Shown: positions 33,191 through 41,791 of the stretch, piece after piece
Numbering within the stretch: position 1 is the stretch's first letter
Layout: each line of letters starts with the position of its first letter
Virus record (IMG/VR): IMGVR_UViG_2513237143_000002
Span: 2,755-66,754 of that record
Source of the DNA: a virus
Taxonomy: Duplodnaviria; Caudoviricetes
Strand: one strand, 5' to 3'
Length of the DNA stretch: 64,000 nt
Translations under genes and position numbers: made by a program
The notes under the pieces: model-generated
What the model saw: the letters and a program-made list of their open reading frames with translations, nothing else
The model's database searches: none
What the model was told of the DNA's origin: nothing

Positions 33191-33927
33191 TACGCACCAC
33201 CGACAGGAGCGACCGTCAGAACGGCGCTGTTGATTTCGACATTGCCCTGCAGCAGGCGAGCCGTGTTGGCGCCCCCGCCGTTCTCCTGGGCGGTCATGAC
33301 GATCCCGTAGAAATACTTCGTCGTTCCCGTCGGCGCGGTCGTGGCGGTATGAGTGCCCGACTGCGTGCCGCTGGTGTCAATCGCCGCACCGCCGGGCGTC
33401 GCCGCCACCTGAAAGTCGTTCGCGGTCGGGTTCAAGACGTAATAGGTGGTGCCGGCCGTGAGGCCAGTCGGCAGCGCCCCCGTCGTCGAGAACTTAATCG
33501 GGGTGCCGGCGGCGAGGCCATGAGCATTCCAAGAGATCACGCCGGGCGATGCGATCGTCATCGTGACCGTCGACGTTTTCGCCGGCGGCGCGTCGTTGAA
33601 CAACAGCTTGAACGGATAGTTGTAGGGCGTTGCCTCGGCTTCGATAAGCGCGATCTGTCCAATGTCATCCGGAAGGATGATGAAGTTGTTCTGCATCGAA
33701 CCGGCGTTTCGTGTGCCCTTCGCCTTCAGATCGCGGCCGGACGAAATGACGGATTCGGTGATAAGCGCCGCGGCGTCGCCGATCGCGCCCATCGTCTGCC
33801 AGCCTTTCACTTCGGTGAAGCTGACAGACGAGAAGAGCGCCTCGTTGATGTCCGCGTCATCCGGAACGTTATTCACCGCCGGCCCGATATAGATCTTCGC
33901 GCCCGCGACTGGGTACAGCTGAGCCAT
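33190..33927 (-). CDS. Major tail (tube) protein with an inserted beta-rich domain
   Basis: GAKIYIG...KGTRNAGSMQ; position upstream of the chaperones. Confidence 0.85.
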   Translation of the reverse strand: MAQLYPVAGAKIYIGPAVNNVPDDADINEALFSSVSFTEVKGWQTMGAIGDAAALITESVISSGRDLKAKGTRNAGSMQNNFIILPDDIGQIALIEAEATPYNYPFKLLFNDAPPAKTSTVTMTIASPGVISWNAHGLAAGTPIKFSTTGALPTGLTAGTTYYVLNPTANDFQVAATPGGAAIDTSGTQSGTHTATTAPTGTTKYFYGIVMTAQENGGGANTARLLQGNVEINSAVLTVAPVGGA

Positions 33928-33983
33928 AGCTCAATCCTTTCTGTCTGATTGCGCTTGCCGAAGGCGCGGAGCGGCAGGGCCAA

Positions 33984-34427
33984 TCAGGCCGGAACTGCTG
34001 GCATGCACTGCCAACGGATGGTGACCGGCTGTGCGATGTGCGTATCGCCGGTGATATGAGGCCCGAGCTCCGGATCCTCGTTGATGTCTGTTCGGGTGCC
34101 CTCGAAGGTGAGCCGCGTTCCACGGCGGAAGAAGGCGCGGACCTTGCCGGCGAAGTCGATCGCCTGAAACATGCCCTGCCCCTTCGGCCACATCACGTTC
34201 GCACGCATGAAGCCCTGCCGTATCGGGTCCATCTCCATCGAGATGTCCGTCTCGATCGAGCGATTGAAGTGCACCTCGATGCTGAGGAATGGCTTGGAAG
34301 CCGTCGGCGTGAATGCGACGCCCGGGAAGGCGATGTTTGCGGCGACAGTCCAACCGGCGGGCAGAGGCATGATCCGGACGCGCTCAATCAGCGCGCGGAA
34401 GATTTTCTCTTCTACGGTTTCAGCCAT
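33984..34427 (-). CDS. Tail terminator protein
   Basis: Size, and position between the gp10-like gene and the major tail gene. Confidence 0.7.
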   Translation of the reverse strand: MAETVEEKIFRALIERVRIMPLPAGWTVAANIAFPGVAFTPTASKPFLSIEVHFNRSIETDISMEMDPIRQGFMRANVMWPKGQGMFQAIDFAGKVRAFFRRGTRLTFEGTRTDINEDPELGPHITGDTHIAQPVTIRWQCMPAVPA

Positions 34428-34445
34428 CGTGCTACCCCTTGGCCT

Positions 34446-34664
34446 ATGGCCGAAAACAAAGCGCTCTCAGATACCGAGGTGCATGACCTCCTGCACGAGG
34501 CGCAATCACTGCTGCTGAACAAGACAGTGCGGACCGAGAACGGCCGGCAGGTTCTTTCCGCCGCGATCCGCGATCTCGATGTCCTTCAAAAGGCTCTGAT
34601 CATCATGTCCGAGGGGACGGACCCGCTTCAAAGCGACCGCGAACCTTCGCCTCAGCTTCCTTGA
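34446..34664 (+). CDS. Small antisense moron
   Basis: MAENKALSDTEVHDLLHEAQ... fills the gap between structural genes on the opposite strand. Confidence 0.6.
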   Translation: MAENKALSDTEVHDLLHEAQSLLLNKTVRTENGRQVLSAAIRDLDVLQKALIIMSEGTDPLQSDREPSPQLP

Positions 34665-35085
34665 CCGTCTGCGGCCAGGTCTGAGCCTCGGCATCGACAA
34701 AGCCGAACCCCTGCTGATTGTAGACGCGCCCGAGGCTGTCCTGCCCGACGAAGCCGTAATTCATGCGCGGGCCGTAGGCGGCCTGAAATCCGAGGTAGAG
34801 CGTCTCGCCGACATCGAGGTTGGAGATGATGAGCTCGATCTCTCCGCTCTGATCCGGATATTCCCTCTCGCCCTCATCAACGCGCGGCATTGTGGAAGTC
34901 GATGCCATCAGCGAGTTCTTGAGGTTGCCGGTATCGACCGGGATGCGCCCACCCTCCGCAACCGAGGTCCGAACATTGTTCGCGACCATTTGCGCCGCGG
35001 TGCGCAGGACGGCCGCTTCGCGTTCCTTCTCCGCCTGCACCCATTCTGACACCTGTGCGGCGAAGCTCAGGTTGTTCTCTGCCAT
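34603..35085 (-). CDS. HK97 gp10-like neck/tail-completion protein
   Basis: PVDTGNLKNS and AYGPRMNYG motifs. Confidence 0.85.
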   Translation of the reverse strand: MAENNLSFAAQVSEWVQAEKEREAAVLRTAAQMVANNVRTSVAEGGRIPVDTGNLKNSLMASTSTMPRVDEGEREYPDQSGEIELIISNLDVGETLYLGFQAAYGPRMNYGFVGQDSLGRVYNQQGFGFVDAEAQTWPQTVKEAEAKVRGRFEAGPSPRT

Positions 35086-36137
35086 CAGCGGCCTCGCGAT
35101 CTCGCGTATTCCTCGGCGAAGTCGAAGTTATATTCGACATGACAGCGGCAACCTATGACCTCGGCAGCTCCGGCGCCGAGGCTGGTATCGCCCGGGAAGC
35201 GCATCATAGCGCCCGATGGCGACTGGAACGGCAGGTCCATGCCTGTCACCTCTTCAGCATTCAGGACCTGGTGCGTGTGGCGAACACGGCCGTCGCCGAC
35301 CGCACGCCACCGACGGGTGACCATGCTCGCATCGCGGCCGGCGCGGTCCAGTCCCTGCTGATAGGCTTCATGCTTCGCAGCGTGTACCGAGGATTGCGTT
35401 TCCGTCCGGGCGATGGTCTGGGCCCGGAGCTGGACATAGCGGTCCGCCAGGCGGCCGGTGATCTTCTGGACGGCGTCGGCCGGAAGCGGCTTCCCTTCCC
35501 GAATAGCCTTGGCAACCTGCCGATCGAAGCGTTTATCCCGGCGCGTGAGCGTCAGGTAGTGCTTCATGCCCTCGACGTCGCCCGAGAGGAGCGCCGTGCG
35601 CGCGTTCTCGACCGTGCGGGCAAGCTGCGATGTCATGCCCAGCAAACCGCCCTCACGGCGTCCGGTGATCCGGTTCACGCGGCCGGCGATGTCGAGAGCA
35701 ATCGTGTTCGGCCCCTGCCCCTTGGCATAGCCTGCTTCGATCCGCTCCCGGGCCATCTGCTTCGTGTCTTCGGTGACGTGCGTAATCATCGTCGACGAGG
35801 CTTCGCGGATGATCTGCTCGGCACGCTGGTTCTGCACGTCCCACCTGAAGACGACACGCCCGCCGGCCGGGTCCGAAAGTCGCGGCATGTTCTTGACGAC
35901 CAGGAGGCCGCCGGAATTGAAGGCAGTCCGAATGGCTTCGGAGAGCGGCCGGAAGGCTGCCGGATCTATGTGAAGCGCCGCAATGGCGCCCTCGACATCT
36001 CGGCGTTCCAGCCGCTCGACGACCTCGCGAAGCACGATCTCGGATTTGATGTCCTCGATCGCCTCTCGGAATGCCTTCTCCATTGCAGGGGAAAGCTCCT
36101 CGATCAGGGCGTCGAGTTGCTGGCGAAGAGAGGCCAA
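35085..36137 (-). CDS. Minor head morphogenesis protein (SPP1 gp7/Mu gpF-like)
   Basis: RAQTIARTET, RWRAVGDGRVRHTH and VIGCRC motifs. Confidence 0.88.
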   Translation of the reverse strand: MASLRQQLDALIEELSPAMEKAFREAIEDIKSEIVLREVVERLERRDVEGAIAALHIDPAAFRPLSEAIRTAFNSGGLLVVKNMPRLSDPAGGRVVFRWDVQNQRAEQIIREASSTMITHVTEDTKQMARERIEAGYAKGQGPNTIALDIAGRVNRITGRREGGLLGMTSQLARTVENARTALLSGDVEGMKHYLTLTRRDKRFDRQVAKAIREGKPLPADAVQKITGRLADRYVQLRAQTIARTETQSSVHAAKHEAYQQGLDRAGRDASMVTRRWRAVGDGRVRHTHQVLNAEEVTGMDLPFQSPSGAMMRFPGDTSLGAGAAEVIGCRCHVEYNFDFAEEYARSRGR

Positions 36138-36140
36138 GGC

Positions 36141-36401
36141 TTATCGCCCCTTGCGATGGGCAAAGGTCCGCTGCTCGGCAAGCGCCTTCTGAACACCTTC
36201 CTGCACAAGCTGGCGAATACGCGCATCACCGTTCTCGCTGTCAACCTGCACTTCGATGTGCGTGCCCCAATCGCGGATGGCGTCTTTTGCCGGCATAGCG
36301 GCGGCCTTTGGGAAACCAGAAGCTTTCTCGCCAACGAGCAACGCGACAGGCGCTGCTACAACGCCACCGCATGCAAAGCCGAAGAATGAGCGCCGGTTCA
36401 C
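36141..36401 (-). CDS. Small protein with a twin-arginine-like signal
   Basis: Starts (M)NRRSFFGFACGGVVAAP. Confidence 0.6.
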   Translation of the reverse strand: MNRRSFFGFACGGVVAAPVALLVGEKASGFPKAAAMPAKDAIRDWGTHIEVQVDSENGDARIRQLVQEGVQKALAEQRTFAHRKGR

Positions 36402-36556
36402 TGCTGCGCTCCCTTCTCGACCTTCTTGGCGACCTTCTCTGCCGGCATTTCCTCGGCCAGGCCGATGCCGATCAGAGCCCGCGCCTCGGTCTCCGGCATG
36501 TCAGCCGTATCGCCGACGCCGCGGCCCTTGTAATTCTTCACGAAGCGGATCTTCAT
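36398..36556 (-). CDS. Small phage protein (52 aa), not in the ORF track
   Basis: Manual translation MKIRFVKNYKGRGVGDTADMPETEARALIGIGLAEE...; GGAAGG RBS. Confidence 0.7.
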   Translation of the reverse strand: MKIRFVKNYKGRGVGDTADMPETEARALIGIGLAEEMPAEKVAKKVEKGAQQ

Positions 36557-36580
36557 GTTCTATCCTTCCACGGGAAACAA

Positions 36581-36800
36581 AATGAGGGATTGGAGAGAGG
36601 TGAAGCTGATCATTATTACGGACGTCCCGTACGCCCTTCTCCCGGATCTCTTTGAAGCGGTTCGAAGGTACAACGGTCTTTTTGAGGTACAGCCACCTAG
36701 CACTGCTGAGACCGGAGCCGCGGACGTCCATTGCTCTTTCAACTCGGACGATGAAAAGCGTGCGTTCAAGCAGGCGGCCATCGATTTAACTAAGATGTAA
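36581..36800 (+). CDS. Small antisense moron
   Basis: MRDWREVKLIIITDVPYALLPDLF...; opposite strand. Confidence 0.5.
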
Positions 36801-37155
36801 TTCGTCCCTGGACGATGAAGACGACCGGCGTGACGCCGTCATATTTGTTCGGGTCGCCAGCAACGATGGCGTAGTCGTTGCCGTTGGCAGTCACCACATC
36901 GCCGACGGTCGGCTCGATCGAGAGTCCGACCGACGAGATGTAAATCTGCATATCCCCGCTGAGAATGACCGTGCCGTCGATGTAGCTGGCCTCGTAGGCC
37001 ATCGGCACCAGCGTGGCCGGATAGGACGTCACGACAGGATCGCCGCCGTAGACAGGATCCGGAGGCGTGATCCGCTTCACCGTTCCAGCCTGACCGTACT
37101 TGGCGATGAGGCGCTGCGCCGTCGCCTGCAGGCGCGCATAGATCGGGTTTGCCAT
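36790..37155 (-). CDS. Head-closure/adaptor protein
   Basis: IDGTVILSGDMQIYI pattern; position in the head-tail joining module. Confidence 0.75.
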   Translation of the reverse strand: MANPIYARLQATAQRLIAKYGQAGTVKRITPPDPVYGGDPVVTSYPATLVPMAYEASYIDGTVILSGDMQIYISSVGLSIEPTVGDVVTANGNDYAIVAGDPNKYDGVTPVVFIVQGRITS

Positions 37156-37234
37156 CCTCCGCCCTTCCTTTTCGAGAGCTAAGCCTTATTTACGCCTCAT
37201 TGCCGCAAGGCTCTTTGTTCAAGGATCTGGGGGC

Positions 37235-37396
37235 ATGTCCGCCACAATCAGCATCCTCCTGACCATCCTCTTCGTCGGGGTTGTGCTTTATCTCGTGCAG
37301 AAGCTTCCAATTGACCCTACGATGAAGCAGAGGGCTCAATTCGTTATTTTGATCGCCGGAATGGTCTCGTTGCTCGGCTCACTGGGCGTATTCTGA
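37235..37396 (+). CDS. Small two-TM membrane protein (53 aa), antisense moron
   Basis: Manual translation MSATISILLTILFVGVVLYLVQKLPIDPTMKQRAQFVILIAGMVSLLGSLGVF. Confidence 0.7.
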   Translation: MSATISILLTILFVGVVLYLVQKLPIDPTMKQRAQFVILIAGMVSLLGSLGVF

Positions 37397-37419
37397 TCAA
37401 GTGCGCGCGATGCTTGGAG

Positions 37420-37914
37420 CTACACCACCAAAGCACTCGGCCAGACCGGCACGAGAAACGGCCAAAGCAGCCCCTCGATCGTGGTCACGACAGGCGTTGC
37501 GAGCGCGACGAGGTCGTCGATATCCGTTGAAGTAGAGGTTGAATACTCGACCTCAAGCTGTCCGATCTTCTCGCGCTTCACCGTTTGCGATCCGGTCACG
37601 ACTGGCGAAAGGCTACCCGGGTTCGTCAACTCGAGGAATGCCGCCTCATACGAGGCGTTGATGATTGCGACCGGGATCTCGTTCGAGGGGATCGCCTCGC
37701 CGTAATAGGTCGTGGCGCCGGTGCGCGGCCATGCGCGCTCTTGGGCATACCCGCCGGTGCGCCGGCCGCTGAACTTCGGCTCATACCGATCGTTCACCAG
37801 AGAACCGCGCTGACGTGCGGCGGTCTTCTGGGCATCGGTCGTGCCATCGGGAAAGACATAGCCGGCCTCGGTTGCGTACGCCGTGAAGCCGTCGTTCGTG
37901 CCGTATCCAGCCAT
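37420..37914 (-). CDS. Head-tail connector (DnaT-like annotated family)
   Basis: QERAWPRTG, IINASYEAA and KREKIGQLEVEY motifs. Confidence 0.8.
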   Translation of the reverse strand: MAGYGTNDGFTAYATEAGYVFPDGTTDAQKTAARQRGSLVNDRYEPKFSGRRTGGYAQERAWPRTGATTYYGEAIPSNEIPVAIINASYEAAFLELTNPGSLSPVVTGSQTVKREKIGQLEVEYSTSTSTDIDDLVALATPVVTTIEGLLWPFLVPVWPSALVV

Positions 37915-37944
37915 GTCAATCTCCGATGAAATAGAACCAGGCGC

Positions 37945-38292
37945 TTAGGCGCCGGGCTTGGTTGCCAGATCTTCGAGAGCGGCGACTATCTCGTCCTTCT
38001 TTGCGGGCGTCTTGTCGCCGAGAAGCTTGGACGCCGCAGACTTGAAGGACATGAACTGCACGTTCTGGTCCTTGGCCATTTCGAGCACTTCGAGTGCCGT
38101 CTTCGGACCGTCGCCGTCCTGGTTGCTTGCAGCCTTGGAGACGCCCTCGATCCTGAGGAAGCGAAGGCGCTTGGCCTTTTCGAGGTCGACGCCTTCGAGA
38201 TCGACGTCGCGGGTCTCACCCGGTTGGATGTAGACCGCCCGCCCTTTCGAGCGGACGCCCTGCAGCGCCTTGCTGTTGTTGGTGACCTTCAT
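37945..38292 (-). CDS. Hypothetical virion protein
   Basis: Directly after the capsid gene; C-terminal small HeH-like motif (KKDEIVAAL). Confidence 0.7.
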   Translation of the reverse strand: MKVTNNSKALQGVRSKGRAVYIQPGETRDVDLEGVDLEKAKRLRFLRIEGVSKAASNQDGDGPKTALEVLEMAKDQNVQFMSFKSAASKLLGDKTPAKKDEIVAALEDLATKPGA

Positions 38293-38306
38293 GACTGATC
38301 CTCTGA

Positions 38307-39275
38307 TTACGGAGCGGTGATTTCGTCGCCATAGGCAGCGGCACCGGGCAGACGCCATTCGGTACCGCCGGTACGGGCGATGATGCCGGTCTCGAAGCCC
38401 ATGATGGACTTCTGGCGCGGCTGGAGGACACGGCGCGGCATCGGCAGGTGGAAGCGGAGAACTTCCGAATCCCGGCGATACACGACCATGCGGCCGCCGC
38501 CGTCCTGGGAGGCATTCGCGAGCTCGCGCAGCGGCTGGATGTCGAGCGGCTGGTTGGTTTCCGCCGTGTAGACGTTGTTGCGGCGGATGTATTCCAGGAG
38601 CGTCAGGAGGCCGTCACCCTCGCCGAGGCGGCGGGTGGCGATGAGGCGGAACGCTTCCGGCGGCAGGCGCAGCGTGTCCACCCATTCCACTTCCGAGGTG
38701 TTCTCGCGGACGCTGGAGATCAGGTCGTTGATGTCCCGGAGGATCTGGTCGTTGGACTTCGCCGACCAGAAAGTCGAAGAGCCCGTGCCATCCGCGGCAA
38801 CATCGACACGCGAGACCTGTGGGTCGTTGACGAAGCCGGTCCAGTTCTTCTCGGTCGTGCCGACCATGGCAACCGAGTTGAGCAGGCGCTCGACCTTGTC
38901 GGAAGCCGACATGGCCTTGGTGCCGTTCAGGTCGATACCGTAAAGGGCAGCCTGATTGACCTCCTCGAGGTTCCACTCCCAGCCGGAGCCGATCATCGCG
39001 AAGTCATGGCTGGCCATGTCCTTCGTGGCTTGGTTGAAGGGCATGTCGGTACCGGCACCGGAGAGGAACTTCGCCTCGCCTGCCGTATCGACGGTGAAGA
39101 AGGTCGTCCCGATCGCCCAGGCGTTCCCTTCCGTCACCACGGGCACATGCGCACCGTAGTTGAAGGTCGGATAACGCCGCTGGTAGATGCGGGTCTCGAT
39201 GTTGCGCCCCTGCGCGATGACGAAGGGGAACGCGGCCTGCGCATCAGCGAAGGCCTGACGGATGATCTGGTTCAT
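38307..39275 (-). CDS. Major capsid protein (DUF2184 family)
   Basis: GSGWEWNLEEV and ARTGGTEWRLPGA motifs; position. Confidence 0.88.
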   Translation of the reverse strand: MNQIIRQAFADAQAAFPFVIAQGRNIETRIYQRRYPTFNYGAHVPVVTEGNAWAIGTTFFTVDTAGEAKFLSGAGTDMPFNQATKDMASHDFAMIGSGWEWNLEEVNQAALYGIDLNGTKAMSASDKVERLLNSVAMVGTTEKNWTGFVNDPQVSRVDVAADGTGSSTFWSAKSNDQILRDINDLISSVRENTSEVEWVDTLRLPPEAFRLIATRRLGEGDGLLTLLEYIRRNNVYTAETNQPLDIQPLRELANASQDGGGRMVVYRRDSEVLRFHLPMPRRVLQPRQKSIMGFETGIIARTGGTEWRLPGAAAYGDEITAP

Positions 39276-39295
39276 GGTTCAGGTCCTTTCCCTGA

Positions 39296-39778
39296 TCAGG
39301 CTGCCGGGGCCGAAGCGCGCAGACGAAGCGCGATTTCGACGATTGCGCCATCCGCTCCGGATGTGTCGAAGACAGCATCGGGAATGGGGCCGACGATGTT
39401 GGCGCCGGCGGCGTTGACGTAGCGATGGGTCAGCGTGTTGTAGAAGACAGCATCGCCCTGCGCGACGGCAGCGCCGGCCGTGACGTACATCGTGCCCATC
39501 GTCATGAATGCGCCGGTGAAGTACCGGGGATAGGAGTCGGGGGCGAGCACATCCGCCGGAACGGCCGGGTTCAGCACGGCGATGCCAATGAACTCGCCGG
39601 CGGCCGCAAAGGGCACAACCCCATGGTCAGCAGCACCCCGCTGAACCGGCTGGCCGAAGCGCACGCCGCCCAGGTTCTCGACCGTGCGGCTGATCTTGTT
39701 GCACTTCTCCTCGGAAGCGATCTGGCCGTGCAGGCCCTTCGGAGGAGCGTTGGTGTAGGTGGTCTGGTAGGTAGCCAT
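39296..39778 (-). CDS. Capsid decoration/cement protein
   Basis: Between DUF2213 and the capsid gene; VRFGQPV pattern. Confidence 0.8.
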   Translation of the reverse strand: MATYQTTYTNAPPKGLHGQIASEEKCNKISRTVENLGGVRFGQPVQRGAADHGVVPFAAAGEFIGIAVLNPAVPADVLAPDSYPRYFTGAFMTMGTMYVTAGAAVAQGDAVFYNTLTHRYVNAAGANIVGPIPDAVFDTSGADGAIVEIALRLRASAPAA

Positions 39779-39790
39779 TGAAGCGCCTCC

Positions 39791-40936
39791 TTAGTTGGCC
39801 GCTGCAGACGTCTTGCCGGCCTTCATGTCCGCGACCATCTGGGAATAGGCGTCGGTCACGACCTTGTCGGCGTCGCTGGTCTGGGAAAGGCCCTGCTGCA
39901 CGACGGTGCGGAAGGGATCGGCGCCGTTCTTGCTGGCATCCTCGACGAGCATGTCGAAGCGGGCGTCGATGTAGGCCTCCGACTTGTCGGCAACCGCAGC
40001 ATCGCCGAGCTTGGCGATGACGACCGCCTTGCGGATAGCCGAATCTGAGAGGCCTTCGGTCTTCACGTCCTTGGCGATCGTGTGCGCCTTGGTGATGAGA
40101 TCGGCACGGGCCTGGACGCGCTTGTCGAGGTCGGCGTCGGAAAGGATCGTGCCTTTCAGAACGTCAATCTCGGCATCCTTCTTCGCGAGTTCGGCATCCT
40201 TGGCGGCCAGCGCCGTCTGATGTGCCTTCTCGGCGTCGGCGAACTTGGTGTTGGCGTCGGCAAGGCGCTGCTGGAGCGTGCCGATCACCGTGGCACCCTG
40301 GTCGGTTACTTCAACCGGGATGCCATCGACGGTAACCGTCTTCAGGGTCATGATCTTGTCCTCTTTCGGTTTCTGATCACTGGTGAACGGGGCAGCGCCC
40401 CACGACCTCACACCGTCGCCGATGCGAGCTTCTGATCCGGCGCGGCCGCGCTGCACGATGGCGACGTGGTTGATCCGGATATCTTTCTGGATGGCGTCGT
40501 ATTTCTCGCCCGCTGGCGTGGTGCCCGGCTCCCAGGCGAGATCGCAGGTGTAGCCGGCGGAGAGCTCGCGCTTGCCGCCCTCGATCTCGGCAATGACCGC
40601 CGCATCCATGACGATGAGCGGGACGCGTACGAATTCACCGTCGCGGGCGATCTCGTCACCGATCGAGCCGACAGCGAGCGCCTTCCAATTGTCAGCGGTG
40701 ACTGCCTCGTCCGGGTGATCATTCGTCACCGGCTTGTGGGCGTAGCTGCCGAGGCTGGCAGTGTCGAAAACCTGCGCCTCCGGGCGGTAGACCTTCACGA
40801 CGCGCATTTCCGGCCTGCCGACCTCATGGCCTGCATAGAGCTGGATGCCGGTACGCGCGGTGCGAACGTCAGCAACGAGGTATCCATCGGCCGTCCGACG
40901 CGTGCCGGACACCGCTACAGCGTCGGTGAATTGCAT
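39791..40936 (-). CDS. DUF2213 protein (prohead protease/scaffold)
   Basis: ARTGIQLY, KPVTNDHP, ELSAGY and NHVAIV..GRAG motifs. Confidence 0.9.
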   Translation of the reverse strand: MQFTDAVAVSGTRRTADGYLVADVRTARTGIQLYAGHEVGRPEMRVVKVYRPEAQVFDTASLGSYAHKPVTNDHPDEAVTADNWKALAVGSIGDEIARDGEFVRVPLIVMDAAVIAEIEGGKRELSAGYTCDLAWEPGTTPAGEKYDAIQKDIRINHVAIVQRGRAGSEARIGDGVRSWGAAPFTSDQKPKEDKIMTLKTVTVDGIPVEVTDQGATVIGTLQQRLADANTKFADAEKAHQTALAAKDAELAKKDAEIDVLKGTILSDADLDKRVQARADLITKAHTIAKDVKTEGLSDSAIRKAVVIAKLGDAAVADKSEAYIDARFDMLVEDASKNGADPFRTVVQQGLSQTSDADKVVTDAYSQMVADMKAGKTSAAAN

Positions 40937-40988
40937 GATGCGGTCCTGACTATATGGTTAAAAGAATTTTGGCGTGCGAATGTAACGA

Positions 40989-41768
40989 ATGCCTATCGAC
41001 ACGAATCATCCAAATTTCCCGGCGCCAGCAAACGAGGTTGCACTTTGGCGCTATTCCAACCTGCCGAAACTGCTCTCGCTACTGGTAACAAAGACGCTTT
41101 TCTTGCCCAGCCTGAAGCTACTGCGCAGGGACGACCCCTTTGAAGGGGCCATGTCCCAAGCAAACCGGCGTCTTGCGACCTCGCTCTCGTCTGACGACGA
41201 GTTGGCTAAGCGATACTTTGGCGAACACTTTCCGGATCTTAGCGACAACGCCTTAGTGAACTTTAAGGCGCAATTCATAGGTCTTTTGAACGGAGAAATT
41301 TTCGCGTTAGCTGACAAGTGTTTTGCGAGTTGCTGGCACGCGCGGACGCGTGAATCTGCTGCGCTCTGGAAACTGTATGCGGAAACTCAAGCAGGAGTGG
41401 CGATTTCGAGTTCTGTTGAGAAACTCTGTGATGCGATCAATACGGACCGCAGTTTAATCTTGGGGTCTATCAGGTATTGCGATTTCGACACCGAGTTTAT
41501 CAACCTTGATAATGCATTGAATGCGGCTTTCACAAAGCGAGACAGTTACGAGCACGAACACGAAGTTCGGCTTTTATACACCAACTTCGAGGGGAACGAT
41601 CGTCCTGTGGGCGTTTCCATAGCCTGTGAACCGTCTAAGCTTATCTCTGAAGTAGTAGTCAGTCCCTATTCTGACGGCTGGATGGTCGAAACAGTTCAAG
41701 AAGTTATTCGTCGCCTCGGCTACGAATTTCCAGTTAGGAAATCGCGATTAATGGACAACTCCACATGA
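40989..41768 (+). CDS. DUF2971-like moron
   Basis: LWRY...DDPFEG, FASCW, LWKLYA, GVAI and KRDSYEHEHEVRL motifs; AT-richer; antisense. Confidence 0.75.
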   Translation: MPIDTNHPNFPAPANEVALWRYSNLPKLLSLLVTKTLFLPSLKLLRRDDPFEGAMSQANRRLATSLSSDDELAKRYFGEHFPDLSDNALVNFKAQFIGLLNGEIFALADKCFASCWHARTRESAALWKLYAETQAGVAISSSVEKLCDAINTDRSLILGSIRYCDFDTEFINLDNALNAAFTKRDSYEHEHEVRLLYTNFEGNDRPVGVSIACEPSKLISEVVVSPYSDGWMVETVQEVIRRLGYEFPVRKSRLMDNST

Positions 41769-41791
41769 CGGGGTCCGGGTCCGGTTCTCGA

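Noticed and set aside
35055-36389. 444-aa plus-strand ORF
   Set aside because: Antisense shadow of the minor head gene.
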